From Microcoleaceae cyanobacterium (GTDB taxonomy: Bacteria > Cyanobacteriota > Cyanobacteriia > Cyanobacteriales > Microcoleaceae), in the NCBI GenBank assembly GCA_051652765.1, contig JBOFUV010000036.1, forward strand, positions 11,253 to 75,252: a stretch of 64,000 nt of DNA. The letters are read 5' to 3'. The first letter of the stretch is position 1, and the number at the start of each line of letters is the position of its first letter. The notes beneath the pieces were generated by a model. It was not told the DNA's origin. It was given only the letters and a program-made list of their open reading frames with translations, and ran no database searches. Shown piece by piece: positions 40,803-51,312 of the stretch. A program made the translations under genes and the position numbers.

Positions 40803-42401
40803 TTAAACTCGAAGTCGAATTGGGGTTCGATTCTCCCGCAGTTCAAACTCCGCAGGCAAAATCATCGAACGCCCTGTCATTTCTTCTGGCTGAGGCAACC
40901 CCAAAATTTGCAGAATAGTCGGAGCAATATCGGCCAAACAGCCATCTGTTCGCAGCGGAACATCTGCACCATAGCCTGGTATTTTGCGATTTTCTCCTTC
41001 AATCAAGATAAAGGGGACGGGATTAGTCGTGTGAGCGGTCCAAGGATTCCCCGCTTCATCCCACATGAATTCCGCATTCCCATGATCCGCAATGATTAGC
41101 GCAGTACCGCCCGCCTTGCTAATCGCCCCAAGCAGAGGCCCCAAACAGCGATCCACCGTTTCAACGGCCTTAACTGCGGCATCCATGATGCCCGTATGAC
41201 CCACCATGTCGGGATTAGCATAGTTAATCACGACCAGCGAGTAAACCCCGGTTTCAATCGCCCGAACAGCAATGTCAGTGACTTCTGCCGCCGCCATTTC
41301 CGGCGCTTGATCATAGGTTGCAACATTAGGGCTAGAAACCAGCTCTCGCTCCTCCCCGTCAAAGGGTTGTTCTAGGCCGCCATTAAAAAAATAGGTGACG
41401 TGAGCATATTTTTCCGTTTCCGCAGTCCGGAACTGCTTCAATCCATGATTGGCAACCACTTGTCCCAGAATATTGTCCAAGTTTTGAGGCTTAAACGCGA
41501 CCAAAACGGGGAATTTGGGATCGTACTGAGTAAACGTCAAAAAACTCAGCGGTTGAATTAACGCCCGCTCGAATCCACTAAACTCTGAATCCACCAAGGC
41601 TTGGGTGAGTTGTCGAGCCCGGTCAGGGCGGAAATTAAAGAAGATTACCCCATCTCCAGACTGAATAGCCCCTGGAGCAAGACGAACTGGAATCACAAAC
41701 TCATCAGTGACTTCTTCGGCATAGGATGCCTCTAGGGCCTCAACTGCAGAACAACCTTGGCCCTCGCCGTCAGTTGTCATCGTAGTATAAGCTTGTTGAA
41801 CGCGATCCCAGCGCTTATCCCGATCCATAGCATAGTAGCGACCACTAACAGTCACGATCTGCCCGACCCCAATTTTCTCGATATGATCTTGAATCTGTTT
41901 CAGAGATTCAAGACCATCTCTAGGATCAGTATCTCGCCCATCGGTAATTGCATGGACACAAACATTTGTGATGCCCTTCGCCTTAACAACATCAAGCAGT
42001 CCCAATAGATGATCTAGGTGAGAATGCACCCCACCCTTGGAACATAACCCCACGAGATGTAACTTCCCGTTCCGCTGGCTGACTTCCTCACAAACCTGGA
42101 CTAATTCAGGAATATCTTGAATTCTTCCCTCTTCAACCGCATCTGAAATCCGAACCAGTTCCTGAGGAACAACCCGCCCTGCACCAATATTAAGGTGACC
42201 CACTTCCGAGTTGCCCATTTGACCTTCGGGTAAACCAACTGCCTTACCTGAAGTCCGGATTAGGGTTTTAGGGTAAGCAGCCCAAAGGCTATCCATTACA
42301 GGCGTGTTGGCCACAGCAATGGCGTTGCCGTCTACTTGTTCACGATAGCCCCATCCATCCAAAATGATGAGTACAACAGGAGATGAAGACACTAATACCA
42401 T
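40803..42401 (-). CDS. gpmI: 2,3-bisphosphoglycerate-independent phosphoglycerate mutase
   Basis: ILDGWG, MGNSEVGH, GGVHSH, DGRD, GRYYAMDRD, NFRPDRA, ETEKYAHVT, PDMVGHTG, ADHGNAE. Confidence 0.97.
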   Translation of the reverse strand: MVLVSSSPVVLIILDGWGYREQVDGNAIAVANTPVMDSLWAAYPKTLIRTSGKAVGLPEGQMGNSEVGHLNIGAGRVVPQELVRISDAVEEGRIQDIPELVQVCEEVSQRNGKLHLVGLCSKGGVHSHLDHLLGLLDVVKAKGITNVCVHAITDGRDTDPRDGLESLKQIQDHIEKIGVGQIVTVSGRYYAMDRDKRWDRVQQAYTTMTTDGEGQGCSAVEALEASYAEEVTDEFVIPVRLAPGAIQSGDGVIFFNFRPDRARQLTQALVDSEFSGFERALIQPLSFLTFTQYDPKFPVLVAFKPQNLDNILGQVVANHGLKQFRTAETEKYAHVTYFFNGGLEQPFDGEERELVSSPNVATYDQAPEMAAAEVTDIAVRAIETGVYSLVVINYANPDMVGHTGIMDAAVKAVETVDRCLGPLLGAISKAGGTALIIADHGNAEFMWDEAGNPWTAHTTNPVPFILIEGENRKIPGYGADVPLRTDGCLADIAPTILQILGLPQPEEMTGRSMILPAEFELRENRTPIRLRV

Positions 42402-42801
42402 GCTAAGTTACCTTCATACCGCATAACTTCACCGACATCATACCATCCACTTCCAAGAAAAGCAGTTTATCTCTCTCAACAAAAGCGGTAAATTCTGGGT
42501 TGTGAGCTAGGTTATGAACTATTGGCTAAGCACATACCACTAGTCGTTCTTGTTTTGAGTTTCAACTTAGCCTTTTCTAGAACCGGATTTAGTATGATTT
42601 CGCATAGAGTCCACCAGTATTTTAATAAACTTGGGCTTGTCAAACTTGATTGGTTGTGTCGGTTGAAGTTGAGCTGGCAAGACCCAGCCCTCTCAAGCCA
42701 GAGAAAAAGTTTGGCCCTAGGATTTAAGTGGATTAGTGGATGAATCAGGTATACTTCGGCTATCTTTAGAGTTGTTAACTATGATTGTTCAGGGACGGGC
42801 A

Positions 42802-43935
42802 ATGCGTAAGGTTGGGTTAATTTTTACCACGGGAGTACTAGCACTTTGGTTAGGGGCTTGTGGCTCACAAACAACAGAGGAGGAAGCAACGTCAATTCCT
42901 TCTCCAGATGCCTCTGCAACAGAGCAGCCAGCCGCTCAATCTCCTCAAGGGGAGCCAACTCCAAAACCGTTTGAAAATCCCTTAGTTGCTCAACAACAGC
43001 AGGGAAACACGGCTGCAGAAGCAGGCTTAATTCAATCAACAAAGCCAGAAGAACGGCTGCTCCAACTTAAAGGAGGTACAGGCACGGGTGGTGCAGGTGG
43101 CAATGTCGCAACCAATTCGAATCAGCCCATTGAAGACCCCTTTGCTCCTCCTAAGCCAGAATTTATTGAAATCCCCACTGACCCCACGCTGGCAACCGAA
43201 TCCTCTGATCTGGCAGCTCGTCAAATCCCTGATCTCCCTGAACTCCCGGTTGCAACTCCGCCTCGACCTTGGGCTACGGTTGCGATCGCTCCAACCCAGT
43301 CTCCCCAATTTACAACTCCATTTGGAGGTGCAGGTGTCGTAGGAACTTCTCAATCAGGAACTTCTCCTAGACAAGGCACTACCCAAGGGAGATCTGCTCA
43401 ATCAGGAACTTCTCCTAGACAAGGTACTACCCAAGGAGGGGCTTCTCAGTCAGGAACTCCTGGGAGAACAGCCCGAACCCCTAGGAAAGGCCCTCCCCAG
43501 CTTCCTAGCTTACCCATTGCTGCGGTTCCTGATCTGCCTGAGCTTCCGCCTGGAATTGCACCTACGGCTTGGCTTGATCCAAATCCTCCTCCGATTGCTG
43601 TACTTCCTAGTGTGCCTCCCCCTCCTAGAACCGATCTGGCTGAAGCCATTGAAGTTACGGGAGTTGTTCAGCCTGAGGGCAGAGTTGCCAAGGTGATTTT
43701 AAAGGCTCCAACAGAGCCAACGAGTCGATATGTTAGTGTTGGAGATCGGATTGCAGGGGGCCAAGTGCTGGTGAAGCGGGTGAAGTTTGTTGAAGGTTCA
43801 GACCCAGTTGTTATTTTTGAACAAAATGGGGTTGAAATTGCAGTTTCAGTCGGGGAAGTGCGCCAACCGCCAGCAGGGCTAAACTTAGTGGTTCCTCGTG
43901 AACCCGTAATCAATGCTCGTAATGTAGCGTTTTAA
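42802..43935 (+). CDS. Proline-rich lipoprotein with a C-terminal beta domain (candidate PilP-like)
   Basis: Lipobox LGAC after MRKVGLIFTTGVLALW; disordered Pro-rich middle; C-terminal EVTGVVQ...APTEPTSRYVSVGDRI...VLVKRV...EQNGVEI. Confidence 0.7.
   Translation: MRKVGLIFTTGVLALWLGACGSQTTEEEATSIPSPDASATEQPAAQSPQGEPTPKPFENPLVAQQQQGNTAAEAGLIQSTKPEERLLQLKGGTGTGGAGGNVATNSNQPIEDPFAPPKPEFIEIPTDPTLATESSDLAARQIPDLPELPVATPPRPWATVAIAPTQSPQFTTPFGGAGVVGTSQSGTSPRQGTTQGRSAQSGTSPRQGTTQGGASQSGTPGRTARTPRKGPPQLPSLPIAAVPDLPELPPGIAPTAWLDPNPPPIAVLPSVPPPPRTDLAEAIEVTGVVQPEGRVAKVILKAPTEPTSRYVSVGDRIAGGQVLVKRVKFVEGSDPVVIFEQNGVEIAVSVGEVRQPPAGLNLVVPREPVINARNVAF
43349..43458 (+). repeat. 48-bp in-frame tandem repeat x2.3 (QSGTSPRQGTTQG..)
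   Basis: Units start at 43349, 43397 and 43445. Confidence 0.9.
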
Positions 43936-44030
43936 GCTTTCTGTTAGGTGGATCGATCAATATCGATCCCTAGACAGAAAGCTTGGGTTAATCTTCACTT
44001 TAAAAATCTTAAGTATTGTTTTCAGGGACT

Positions 44031-44765
44031 ATGTTGCGTTCATTCAAAATATTTTCTACTGTCTTGGCAATTGCTGGAATTGAACTTCTCAGTTCAGCCA
44101 TTCAGCCAATGTCTGTTACAGCTCAGCCAGCGGCAGCAGACAAGCGTCCACCGGTTTGCGAGGGTAACTTGCCGACAGGGCAAGGGAAGTGCAACTATGA
44201 GGGTGGAGATAACTTCATTGGCAGTTTTGTTAACGGGAAACCTGAAGGCACTGGTGTTTATGTTTATGCCAATGGCGATCGCTATGAAGGCCAGTTTCGA
44301 GGTGGGTTGCCAAATGGCCAAGGCGTATTTATTTTTAAAGATGATGCTCGGGTTGTCGGGGTCTTTAAAGATGGCAATATTTCCCAAGGAACAGTCATTT
44401 TCCCGGATGGGGATCGCTATGTCGGTTCGTTCAAGATTGTGAGGAATATAGAAACCGACGAGAGAAGCAGTCAACCCCATGGCTCAGGAGAGTTCATTTA
44501 TAGTAATGGCGATCGCTTCAAAGGAGAATTTTTTGCGGGCGGGCCTTTTGGCGCAGGTGCATTCACTCGTGCCAACGGAACTCGGTGTCAAGGGCAGTTC
44601 TTTAATCAAAGTCTTGACGGTAGGGGCAGTTGTACGTTTCCGAATGGATTCCGCTATGAGGGAGAGTTCAGAGGCGGCGTTCCCCACGGACAAGGGGCGA
44701 TTATTGATACCAGTGGGAAGCGTTTTCCAGGAACCTTCCGAGATGGGAAGCGGATCAACAGTTAA
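44031..44765 (+). CDS. Exported MORN-repeat protein
   Basis: Repeated GDRYEGQFxxGxPxGxG units after a signal-like N-terminus. Confidence 0.9.
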   Translation: MLRSFKIFSTVLAIAGIELLSSAIQPMSVTAQPAAADKRPPVCEGNLPTGQGKCNYEGGDNFIGSFVNGKPEGTGVYVYANGDRYEGQFRGGLPNGQGVFIFKDDARVVGVFKDGNISQGTVIFPDGDRYVGSFKIVRNIETDERSSQPHGSGEFIYSNGDRFKGEFFAGGPFGAGAFTRANGTRCQGQFFNQSLDGRGSCTFPNGFRYEGEFRGGVPHGQGAIIDTSGKRFPGTFRDGKRINS

Positions 44766-44771
44766 GCCCAG

Positions 44772-46172
44772 TTAAGTTTGGAGAGCATGGGATACTCTTT
44801 CTGAGCAGTTCCCTACTTTTTTGAGCCGAACTCCACCACTAGGTGCTAGGGTTCCTCCTCGGCGTTTAGGGGTTACGGGCTTTGTTTCTGCTAGCTCCAA
44901 ACGACTCTGAGTCAGAATTGTTCTGAGAATCAGGGTCATTTCGTACATGGCCAAAGCTGACCCAATACATCGACGGGCCCCGCCGCCAAAGGGCAAAAAT
45001 TCAAAGGGAGAAAACTGCCGCTCCAAAAACCGTTCAGGGCGGAACTGATGGGAGTTTGGGTAGAGGTCTTCCCGGTGATGAATCAAGTAAATGCAGCCCA
45101 ATAGCAAGGAACCAACTTCCAGGTCATACCCCAACAGTTGAATCGGTTTCTCAACCCGGCGGGGCAGGGCGACCATGGCAACGGGATAGATTCGCAGGGT
45201 TTCATTGCAAACGGCGTTCAGGTAAGGTAGCCGAGAAATCGCCGTTAGGTCGGAACTTTCATTCCAGGGTTCCAACTCCTGCATCAGGTTTTGATGAACA
45301 TTTGGCAGACGATGAATCCAGTAGAGCGCCCAGGCCAGGGCAGTAGCCGTTGTCTCATGGCCCGCAACCAACAGTGTCATCAATTCATCGTGGAGTTCTT
45401 CATCCGTGAGTCCCTCTCCCTGTTCATCCTTGGCACTGAGCAATAGAGAGAGAACGTCGGTACGATCTTCTAGGGTGTGGCTTGCTTGATTGTAACTAGC
45501 GCGTCGCTCTCGAATCTCGGCATAGAGTAACTGGTCAGTTTCTGCAATCAGACGGCGAACTCGTCCTCCAACACTGCGAGGCCCCAAGTCAATCATCAGT
45601 TGCGGAAAAAAGATCAGAATGGAGGTGAGGGGAGTGCTAACCAGGTTAAGCCGCTCTGCTAGGGTATACTCCAATCGGCGATAGCGATCGCCCTCATGTA
45701 AGCCAAAAACGGCTTGCAAAATCACCCGCATGGTAATTTTTTGCATCGCTTCACGGGCACAAAACAGATCTCCAACCGTTAGCTCCTGAACGACATCCTG
45801 GGCAATCTGACAAATCAGTTCGCCATAGGCTTTCATCCGTTCTCCATGAAAGGGCGGCAGCATTAATTGTCTCTGTCGTCGATGCTGCTTGCCACTGAGC
45901 AGAATTAAAGAGTTCTCCCCCAACAACGGCTTCACCAGTGTATTCACTTCGCCCGGAGCCGTCATCTCTGCCGTGTTGTCGTGGGTAAAGAGATATTGCA
46001 TGGCCTCTGGGTGGTTCACAAAAATCAGAGGCTCTGGATTCACCGGAGAGACCTCCGCTTGAAAGAAATCCCCAAATCGTTGAAAATTCGTTTCCATGTA
46101 TCCCAGAGGATTAAAGACCCATTGCAGGGTTTGGGCAAGCTCTGGAGTTTTAGGCTTTGGGATAGAGACCAT
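44772..46172 (-). CDS. Cytochrome P450 (CYP110-like)
   Basis: AGHETTA, ETLR, FRPERF, heme motif PFGGGARRCIG. Confidence 0.93.
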   Translation of the reverse strand: MVSIPKPKTPELAQTLQWVFNPLGYMETNFQRFGDFFQAEVSPVNPEPLIFVNHPEAMQYLFTHDNTAEMTAPGEVNTLVKPLLGENSLILLSGKQHRRQRQLMLPPFHGERMKAYGELICQIAQDVVQELTVGDLFCAREAMQKITMRVILQAVFGLHEGDRYRRLEYTLAERLNLVSTPLTSILIFFPQLMIDLGPRSVGGRVRRLIAETDQLLYAEIRERRASYNQASHTLEDRTDVLSLLLSAKDEQGEGLTDEELHDELMTLLVAGHETTATALAWALYWIHRLPNVHQNLMQELEPWNESSDLTAISRLPYLNAVCNETLRIYPVAMVALPRRVEKPIQLLGYDLEVGSLLLGCIYLIHHREDLYPNSHQFRPERFLERQFSPFEFLPFGGGARRCIGSALAMYEMTLILRTILTQSRLELAETKPVTPKRRGGTLAPSGGVRLKKVGNCSERVSHALQT

Positions 46173-46301
46173 AGTCAGAATTTGATAACTTGCTAGAGAG
46201 GCTCGCAGCAGATTGGAGATATCTAAACTATAGCAATACTATAGCAACCTGATTTAAGGTCTGAACTCTAGTGACGATCCAGGCATAATCACAATCAGTG
46301 T

Positions 46302-46787
46302 TCACAAAAAAGAGTCCGCCTCTAACGCTGCCAACTCTAACCGACGCTGAGTAAGTTCAAATTCCAGATGTTGAATCTCTTCAAGTAACTGTTGCCGTCG
46401 CTGTTCAAAGGGTTGATTTTGCCGTGAAAAATAAGCATCAATCTCTGGCCAAAGTTGTACTGCCCAATCTTTACTCGCTGTTTTTAATTCATTCAAAACC
46501 TTCACTGTGCCATCTGGTTCTAAGACAAATAGAGTATAGAGTCGTTCAGAGATGCCTTGCTTTTGTTTCTTCTTTTCACAGTGAAGATAAAGTCCAAACG
46601 GTTGATAAACCAGTTGATCTACTTGATTAACAAAGTTGCCCAAAATTGAGTAACCATCAGTCTGATTTTTATCCAATCCCTCAACCCATTTACACCAGTT
46701 TCCTTGCTTTTGAATGAGACAACTTTCCCAAAATCCTGAGGCATTGAGGAATGCTTGTCTGAGATTGACAAAAACTGATGAATTCAT
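46302..46787 (-). CDS. Hypothetical protein with C-terminal coiled coil
   Basis: Open frame of 161 aa from ATG 46787; WCKWVEGLDKNQTDGYSILGNFV motif; helical tail. Confidence 0.6.
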   Translation of the reverse strand: MNSSVFVNLRQAFLNASGFWESCLIQKQGNWCKWVEGLDKNQTDGYSILGNFVNQVDQLVYQPFGLYLHCEKKKQKQGISERLYTLFVLEPDGTVKVLNELKTASKDWAVQLWPEIDAYFSRQNQPFEQRRQQLLEEIQHLEFELTQRRLELAALEADSFL

Positions 46788-46883
46788 GTTTAAGGGGGAT
46801 TTGGGAGATTGCTCAACATCACATCTAAACAAAACCGGCTGTAAGCTCTGATATTCTAAATTAGACCTTAGAATCACTACTTC

Positions 46884-46928
46884 ACAGATTTCCAACCTAC
46901 AGATTTCTAACCTACAGATTTCTAACCT
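46884..46928. repeat. 15-bp tandem repeat ACAGATTTC(C/T)AACCT x3
   Basis: Read directly; abuts the futB stop codon. Confidence 0.9.
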
Positions 46929-48611
46929 CTAGTTCCTGTCGAAGACCTGGCGAGATTGAGCAATTTTTAAACTCAGAAAAATGACTGGAATCATTCCCAC
47001 AACCACAATTGCTAGAGCTGGCCCTGCCGCCTCTGCTAATCGTTCATCGGCAGCTAAGTTATAAACCCGAACGGCCAAGGTATCAAAGTTGAACGGACGA
47101 ATCACAAGGGTTGCAGGCAGCTCTTTCATCACATCCACAAAGGTTAACATCCCAGCCGTTAGCAATCCCCCCCCCATCATCGGTGCGTGAACTTTGATCA
47201 GGGTACTTGTTGGCGGATGCCCTAAACTGCGGGCTGCTTCATCTAAACTGGGTTTAATTTTACTCAAACTGGATTCTACAGCTCCAAATGCCACAGCCAA
47301 GAAACGTACAAGATAGGCAAAAATTAAAGTTACAATAGTTCCACTCAGGATTAACCCGATGGAAACTCCGAATATAGACTGTATAAAATCAGCAATTGCA
47401 TTATCGAGTTTGCCAATAGGAATTAAAATTCCAACTGCAATAACTGAACCAGGAACTGCATATCCTAAAGCTGCAATTCGGGTTGATAATTGCATGACAA
47501 AAGTTGGATTCAGTCGCAATCCATAGGCTAGAATCAGAGAAATAATCACAGCTAAAATCCCAGTCAAGATAGCTAAAATTAAACTGTGACTGGCAAATTC
47601 CCAAAACTGAGCCTCAAAAATTGTGTTGGGATTTTCAACGGTCATTTTTAACAAAATCAGTCCTGGTAACACGAAGCCAAATAATACTGGAAGTAAGCAA
47701 GCAAAAAAAGCGAGAATTGCTCTGAATTTTTCTAACTGAAAGGGCTTCAGAGGTTGAAATCGGCTATTCCCTTGATAATACTTCGCTTGCTTTCGAGACC
47801 AGAGTTCAAGTAAGATCAGCCCGAGAACAAACAGCATTAAAACAGTTGCTAACTGAGCGGCAGCAACCGGTTCTCCCATGCCAAACCAGGTACGATAGAT
47901 TCCGGTTGTAAATGTATCAACCCCAAAGAATTGTACCGTACCAAAGTCATTGAGTGTTTCCATTAGCGCCAAAGCCAAACCTGCTGTAATCCCAGGCCGA
48001 GCCAGGGGTAGAGCAACGGTGAAAAAACTGCGCCAAGGATTGCACCCTAGGGATCGACTGGCTTCCAAGGTCTGAGTTGATTGCTCCAAAAATGAGACCC
48101 GAACCAGCAGATAAACATAAGGATAGAGCGTCAAGGTCAGGAGAGCGATCGCCCCCTCAATTGAGCGAATATCAGGAAACCAGTAATCCTCGACTCGACT
48201 CCAGCCAAACCAGTGCCGTAATATCGTTTGAACTGGCCCATAAAACTCCAGATATTCTGTATAAACATAGGCCAGAATGTAGGCAGGGGCCGCCAAGGGC
48301 AACAGTAAGGCCCACTCAAACCAACGGTTGCCAGGAAATTGGCAAAATGTTACCAGCCATGCTGTCCCAACTCCGATCAATAAAACGCCGACCCCGACCC
48401 CGACCATCAAAACTAAGGAGTTTAGGATGTAGCGAGGGAGAACGGTTGCGGCCAGATGACTCCAGACTTCTTGAGCATTCGTCTCAGGCTGAAAGATTTC
48501 GAAGAGACTACTAAATACGCAAACTACTGGAAATGAAATCAGAATCGCAATAATAACGGCAAAACCTGTCCAAGTCTGTGACGAAACCTGTGATGAAAAG
48601 GAGCGATACAT
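46929..48611 (-). CDS. futB: Fe(III) ABC transporter permease
   Basis: LLPLAAPAYILAY, two EAA loops (EASRSLG, EAARSLG), DVMKELPATL..RPFNFDTLA. Start uncertain (48611 or 48671). Confidence 0.88.
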   Translation of the reverse strand: MYRSFSSQVSSQTWTGFAVIIAILISFPVVCVFSSLFEIFQPETNAQEVWSHLAATVLPRYILNSLVLMVGVGVGVLLIGVGTAWLVTFCQFPGNRWFEWALLLPLAAPAYILAYVYTEYLEFYGPVQTILRHWFGWSRVEDYWFPDIRSIEGAIALLTLTLYPYVYLLVRVSFLEQSTQTLEASRSLGCNPWRSFFTVALPLARPGITAGLALALMETLNDFGTVQFFGVDTFTTGIYRTWFGMGEPVAAAQLATVLMLFVLGLILLELWSRKQAKYYQGNSRFQPLKPFQLEKFRAILAFFACLLPVLFGFVLPGLILLKMTVENPNTIFEAQFWEFASHSLILAILTGILAVIISLILAYGLRLNPTFVMQLSTRIAALGYAVPGSVIAVGILIPIGKLDNAIADFIQSIFGVSIGLILSGTIVTLIFAYLVRFLAVAFGAVESSLSKIKPSLDEAARSLGHPPTSTLIKVHAPMMGGGLLTAGMLTFVDVMKELPATLVIRPFNFDTLAVRVYNLAADERLAEAAGPALAIVVVGMIPVIFLSLKIAQSRQVFDRN

Positions 48612-48687
48612 GATGTGCCAAAAAATACTACAAGGAGAGGACTGCCCAAAGGTTGATTCAGAAGTGACCAAGCTCCATCCTCACTTT

Positions 48688-48706
48688 AATGAGAAAAACT
48701 CTTAAA
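48688..48706. promoter_or_regulatory. Putative Fur box between divergent futB and futC
   Basis: AATGAGAAAAACTCTTAAA, 14/19 match to an ATTGAGAATAATTCTCAAT-type palindrome, in an iron-uptake context. Confidence 0.45.
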
Positions 48707-48814
48707 AGGAGGTTATTATTAAGAAATGCTTTCTGATTTTAGCTTGCAGTCGCAAATTGTGAGTTTTATCCAAACGTTATCTAACACGTTGTACAAAATT
48801 GTCTTGGTTCAGAT

Positions 48815-49987
48815 ATGACCCATTCTGCAATTCTTCGTCTAGCAGACATTAGCAAACAGTTTCCTGATGCCGGTTCACCTGTAGTGAGGAATGTATCCTT
48901 AACCTTGGAACAGGGAGATATCCTAGGGCTACTAGGGCCTTCGGGATGTGGCAAGACAACCCTCCTCCGGATTATTGCAGGCTTTGAACATCCTCAAAAT
49001 GGCAGTGTGGAAATTGCAGGGGAGGTTGTCAGTGAAACCAACCGTTGCGTTCCACCTGAACAACGGGATGTGGGTATGGTATTTCAGGATTATGCCCTGT
49101 TTCCTCACTTAACCGTTGCTAAAAATGTTGCCTTTGGACTGCAACATCTCAAGAAGCTTTCCAGTCGTCAAGCTCAGTTGCGAGTCCAAGAGGTTTTAGA
49201 ACTGGTTAGCTTGTCAGGACTAGGTCATCGCTATCCTCACGAACTCTCGGGCGGTCAACAGCAACGGGTCGCCCTCGCCCGGGCCCTCGCTCCCTGTCCA
49301 GCCCTAGTCCTACTCGATGAACCCTTAAGCAATTTGGATGTGCAGGTGCGGCTAAGACTGCGACAAGAGTTGCGAGAGATTCTCAAAATGGCTGGAGCCT
49401 CAGCTATTTTTGTCACCCACGATCAAGAAGAAGCCCTGGCAATTTCTGACCGAGTGGCCGTTATGCAGCAAGGATACCTAGAACAGGTTGGCACACCAGA
49501 AGAAATTTACCATAGTCCAACCTCTCGATTTGTGGCAGAATTTGTGACTCAGGCCAATTTTATTCCGGCTCAACGTCGGGGCAACGTTTGGGAAACTGAG
49601 CTGGGACATTTTACAATTGAGCCTCACCTAGAACAGCTAAACTACTCCTGCTCTGAGCCAGAACTGTTTAGCCCGCAGCAACCTGGTTTACACAGTTCTA
49701 ATCTAGTAGGCTCTAATCAGGAAAAGCCTCATCAAATTCACCTTATGGTGCGTCAAGAAGATCTGATCCTCAAGCCTGATGACGCTGGCACAATTGTCAT
49801 TCGCGATCGCCAATTTCTGGGTCGAGAACATCATTACAGTTTGCAGGTTCCCTCTGGACAAAATCTCATTGCCCGCACCCAAGCTGGAAAGGCGCTACCT
49901 GTAGGAACACGGGTACAAGTCGCAGTTCCCCAGGAAGCCGTTCGGGTTTTCCCTTCCAGCTCTGCGTCCTCTACAGACCGTGATTGA
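48815..49987 (+). CDS. futC: Fe(III) ABC transporter ATP-binding protein
   Basis: GPSGCGKTT, VFQDYALFPHL, LSGGQQQRVALARA, LLDEP, VTHDQEEA, TOBE-like tail; divergent from futB. Confidence 0.88.
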   Translation: MTHSAILRLADISKQFPDAGSPVVRNVSLTLEQGDILGLLGPSGCGKTTLLRIIAGFEHPQNGSVEIAGEVVSETNRCVPPEQRDVGMVFQDYALFPHLTVAKNVAFGLQHLKKLSSRQAQLRVQEVLELVSLSGLGHRYPHELSGGQQQRVALARALAPCPALVLLDEPLSNLDVQVRLRLRQELREILKMAGASAIFVTHDQEEALAISDRVAVMQQGYLEQVGTPEEIYHSPTSRFVAEFVTQANFIPAQRRGNVWETELGHFTIEPHLEQLNYSCSEPELFSPQQPGLHSSNLVGSNQEKPHQIHLMVRQEDLILKPDDAGTIVIRDRQFLGREHHYSLQVPSGQNLIARTQAGKALPVGTRVQVAVPQEAVRVFPSSSASSTDRD

Positions 49988-50108
49988 TCTCACTTTTTCT
50001 TTTTGATCCCACTTTCTTTTGCCATCCCTTTCCTTGAAGAAGAGGGATGGCCCATACACTACTCTATACTGAACAAGACAGTCAGGCCCTTCTAACCGTT
50101 TGGGTCTG

Positions 50109-50735
50109 TCAATTGCCCTGAGTGTATTCTGTCTCTGTCCCACTGAACTCAGTGCGTTCGATATCGACAACCTCTCGACGCAGGGTAATGGTTTGAGGAA
50201 TATTTTCAGTCGTACGACGCTTGCTAATCCGGACTTCCTCTCGCAAGAGCAACCGTGTTTCAACAACAACCACTTCCTCAATCAGAGGAATAATCAATAC
50301 CCCGTTTTCCTCACGAACCTCTGGAACGACATCACCCACAAACTGATTGATGGAGACATGTTCAACCACAACCTCCTCGTGAACGGTTGGGGCATCCACC
50401 ACTTCTTCCCACGTCTCTACACGCTTGTGAACCCGCACTACTCCCCGTGCAACTTGCTGTGTTTCAATCCTGAGTTCCTCAGCAATAACCGGAATCACAA
50501 CCTCTTCTTCAGTGGCAACAGTTGTGGGCATCGAGGACAAACCCAAGCTTGCCAAGGACAGACGATACGATCCATCAGGCTGCAGCGCCAGTATATCAGG
50601 GGATACAACCATACGAGAGCGATCATCAAATTCGACGATCAACCGTCCCGCTTCTGCCTCACCCACAACTCTGCCCCGGATACCATCATCGCGAACAATA
50701 AAACTGCCTTTTAGATTAGCCATATCACTTTTCAT
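50109..50735 (-). CDS. YsnF/AvaK (DUF2382) domain protein
   Basis: VIPVIAEELRIETQQV..GVVRVHKRV, IPLIEEVVVVE.RL.LREEVRI, LRREVVDIER. Confidence 0.85.
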   Translation of the reverse strand: MKSDMANLKGSFIVRDDGIRGRVVGEAEAGRLIVEFDDRSRMVVSPDILALQPDGSYRLSLASLGLSSMPTTVATEEEVVIPVIAEELRIETQQVARGVVRVHKRVETWEEVVDAPTVHEEVVVEHVSINQFVGDVVPEVREENGVLIIPLIEEVVVVETRLLLREEVRISKRRTTENIPQTITLRREVVDIERTEFSGTETEYTQGN

Positions 50736-51312
50736 ATTGATTTTTCGTTAATTTTTTGTACTATGTCCAATAAGGGAAAGCCAGATCCGTTCTAGTAAAA
50801 GTAGGTCTTGATAAAAGCTAAGGCGAGTTAGAAAAATAATTCCGATGCCAGAGCTTGATAGAAAGTATTCAACGTTAGTAGAAAATAAACAAGGATTTCT
50901 TGATCTCAGACAGGGAATTTATTAAGGAACAAAATTTGTAAAAGTTTACCCTTCTTGACCCTTGACAATAAACTCACTTTAGTGAGCAACAGCAGTTAAC
51001 CTCTAATCAAATCAATGCTCTTACCCCTTAAAATATAGACAAAACATCTCTAAATTGTTTCATATCATAACAAATAGAAGTAGTACCTGCTGGTATTTAT
51101 AAGTTAGCCCTATGATAGAACGGTTGCGGAAAGGTCAGCAAGTTAGTTAATAATAGAATAAGAAAAGATTAAGACAAAAAGTATTGACACCTGTCTCCAC
51201 AAAAGTGTTATTTTTACCCCAGATACTGGACTTAGAAACTCAGCACATTCCTGTCAGATGTAAATGGATTCTAGGTCTTACAATCTATCTTTAACTCATA
51301 GGGAGAAGTGAC

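Noticed and set aside
43948..44775. Alternative-frame ORFs (164, 128, 98, 69 aa)
   Set aside because: They overlap the clear MORN-repeat gene.
50100..50714. 204-aa plus-strand ORF
   Set aside because: Antisense shadow of the DUF2382 gene; no recognisable motifs.
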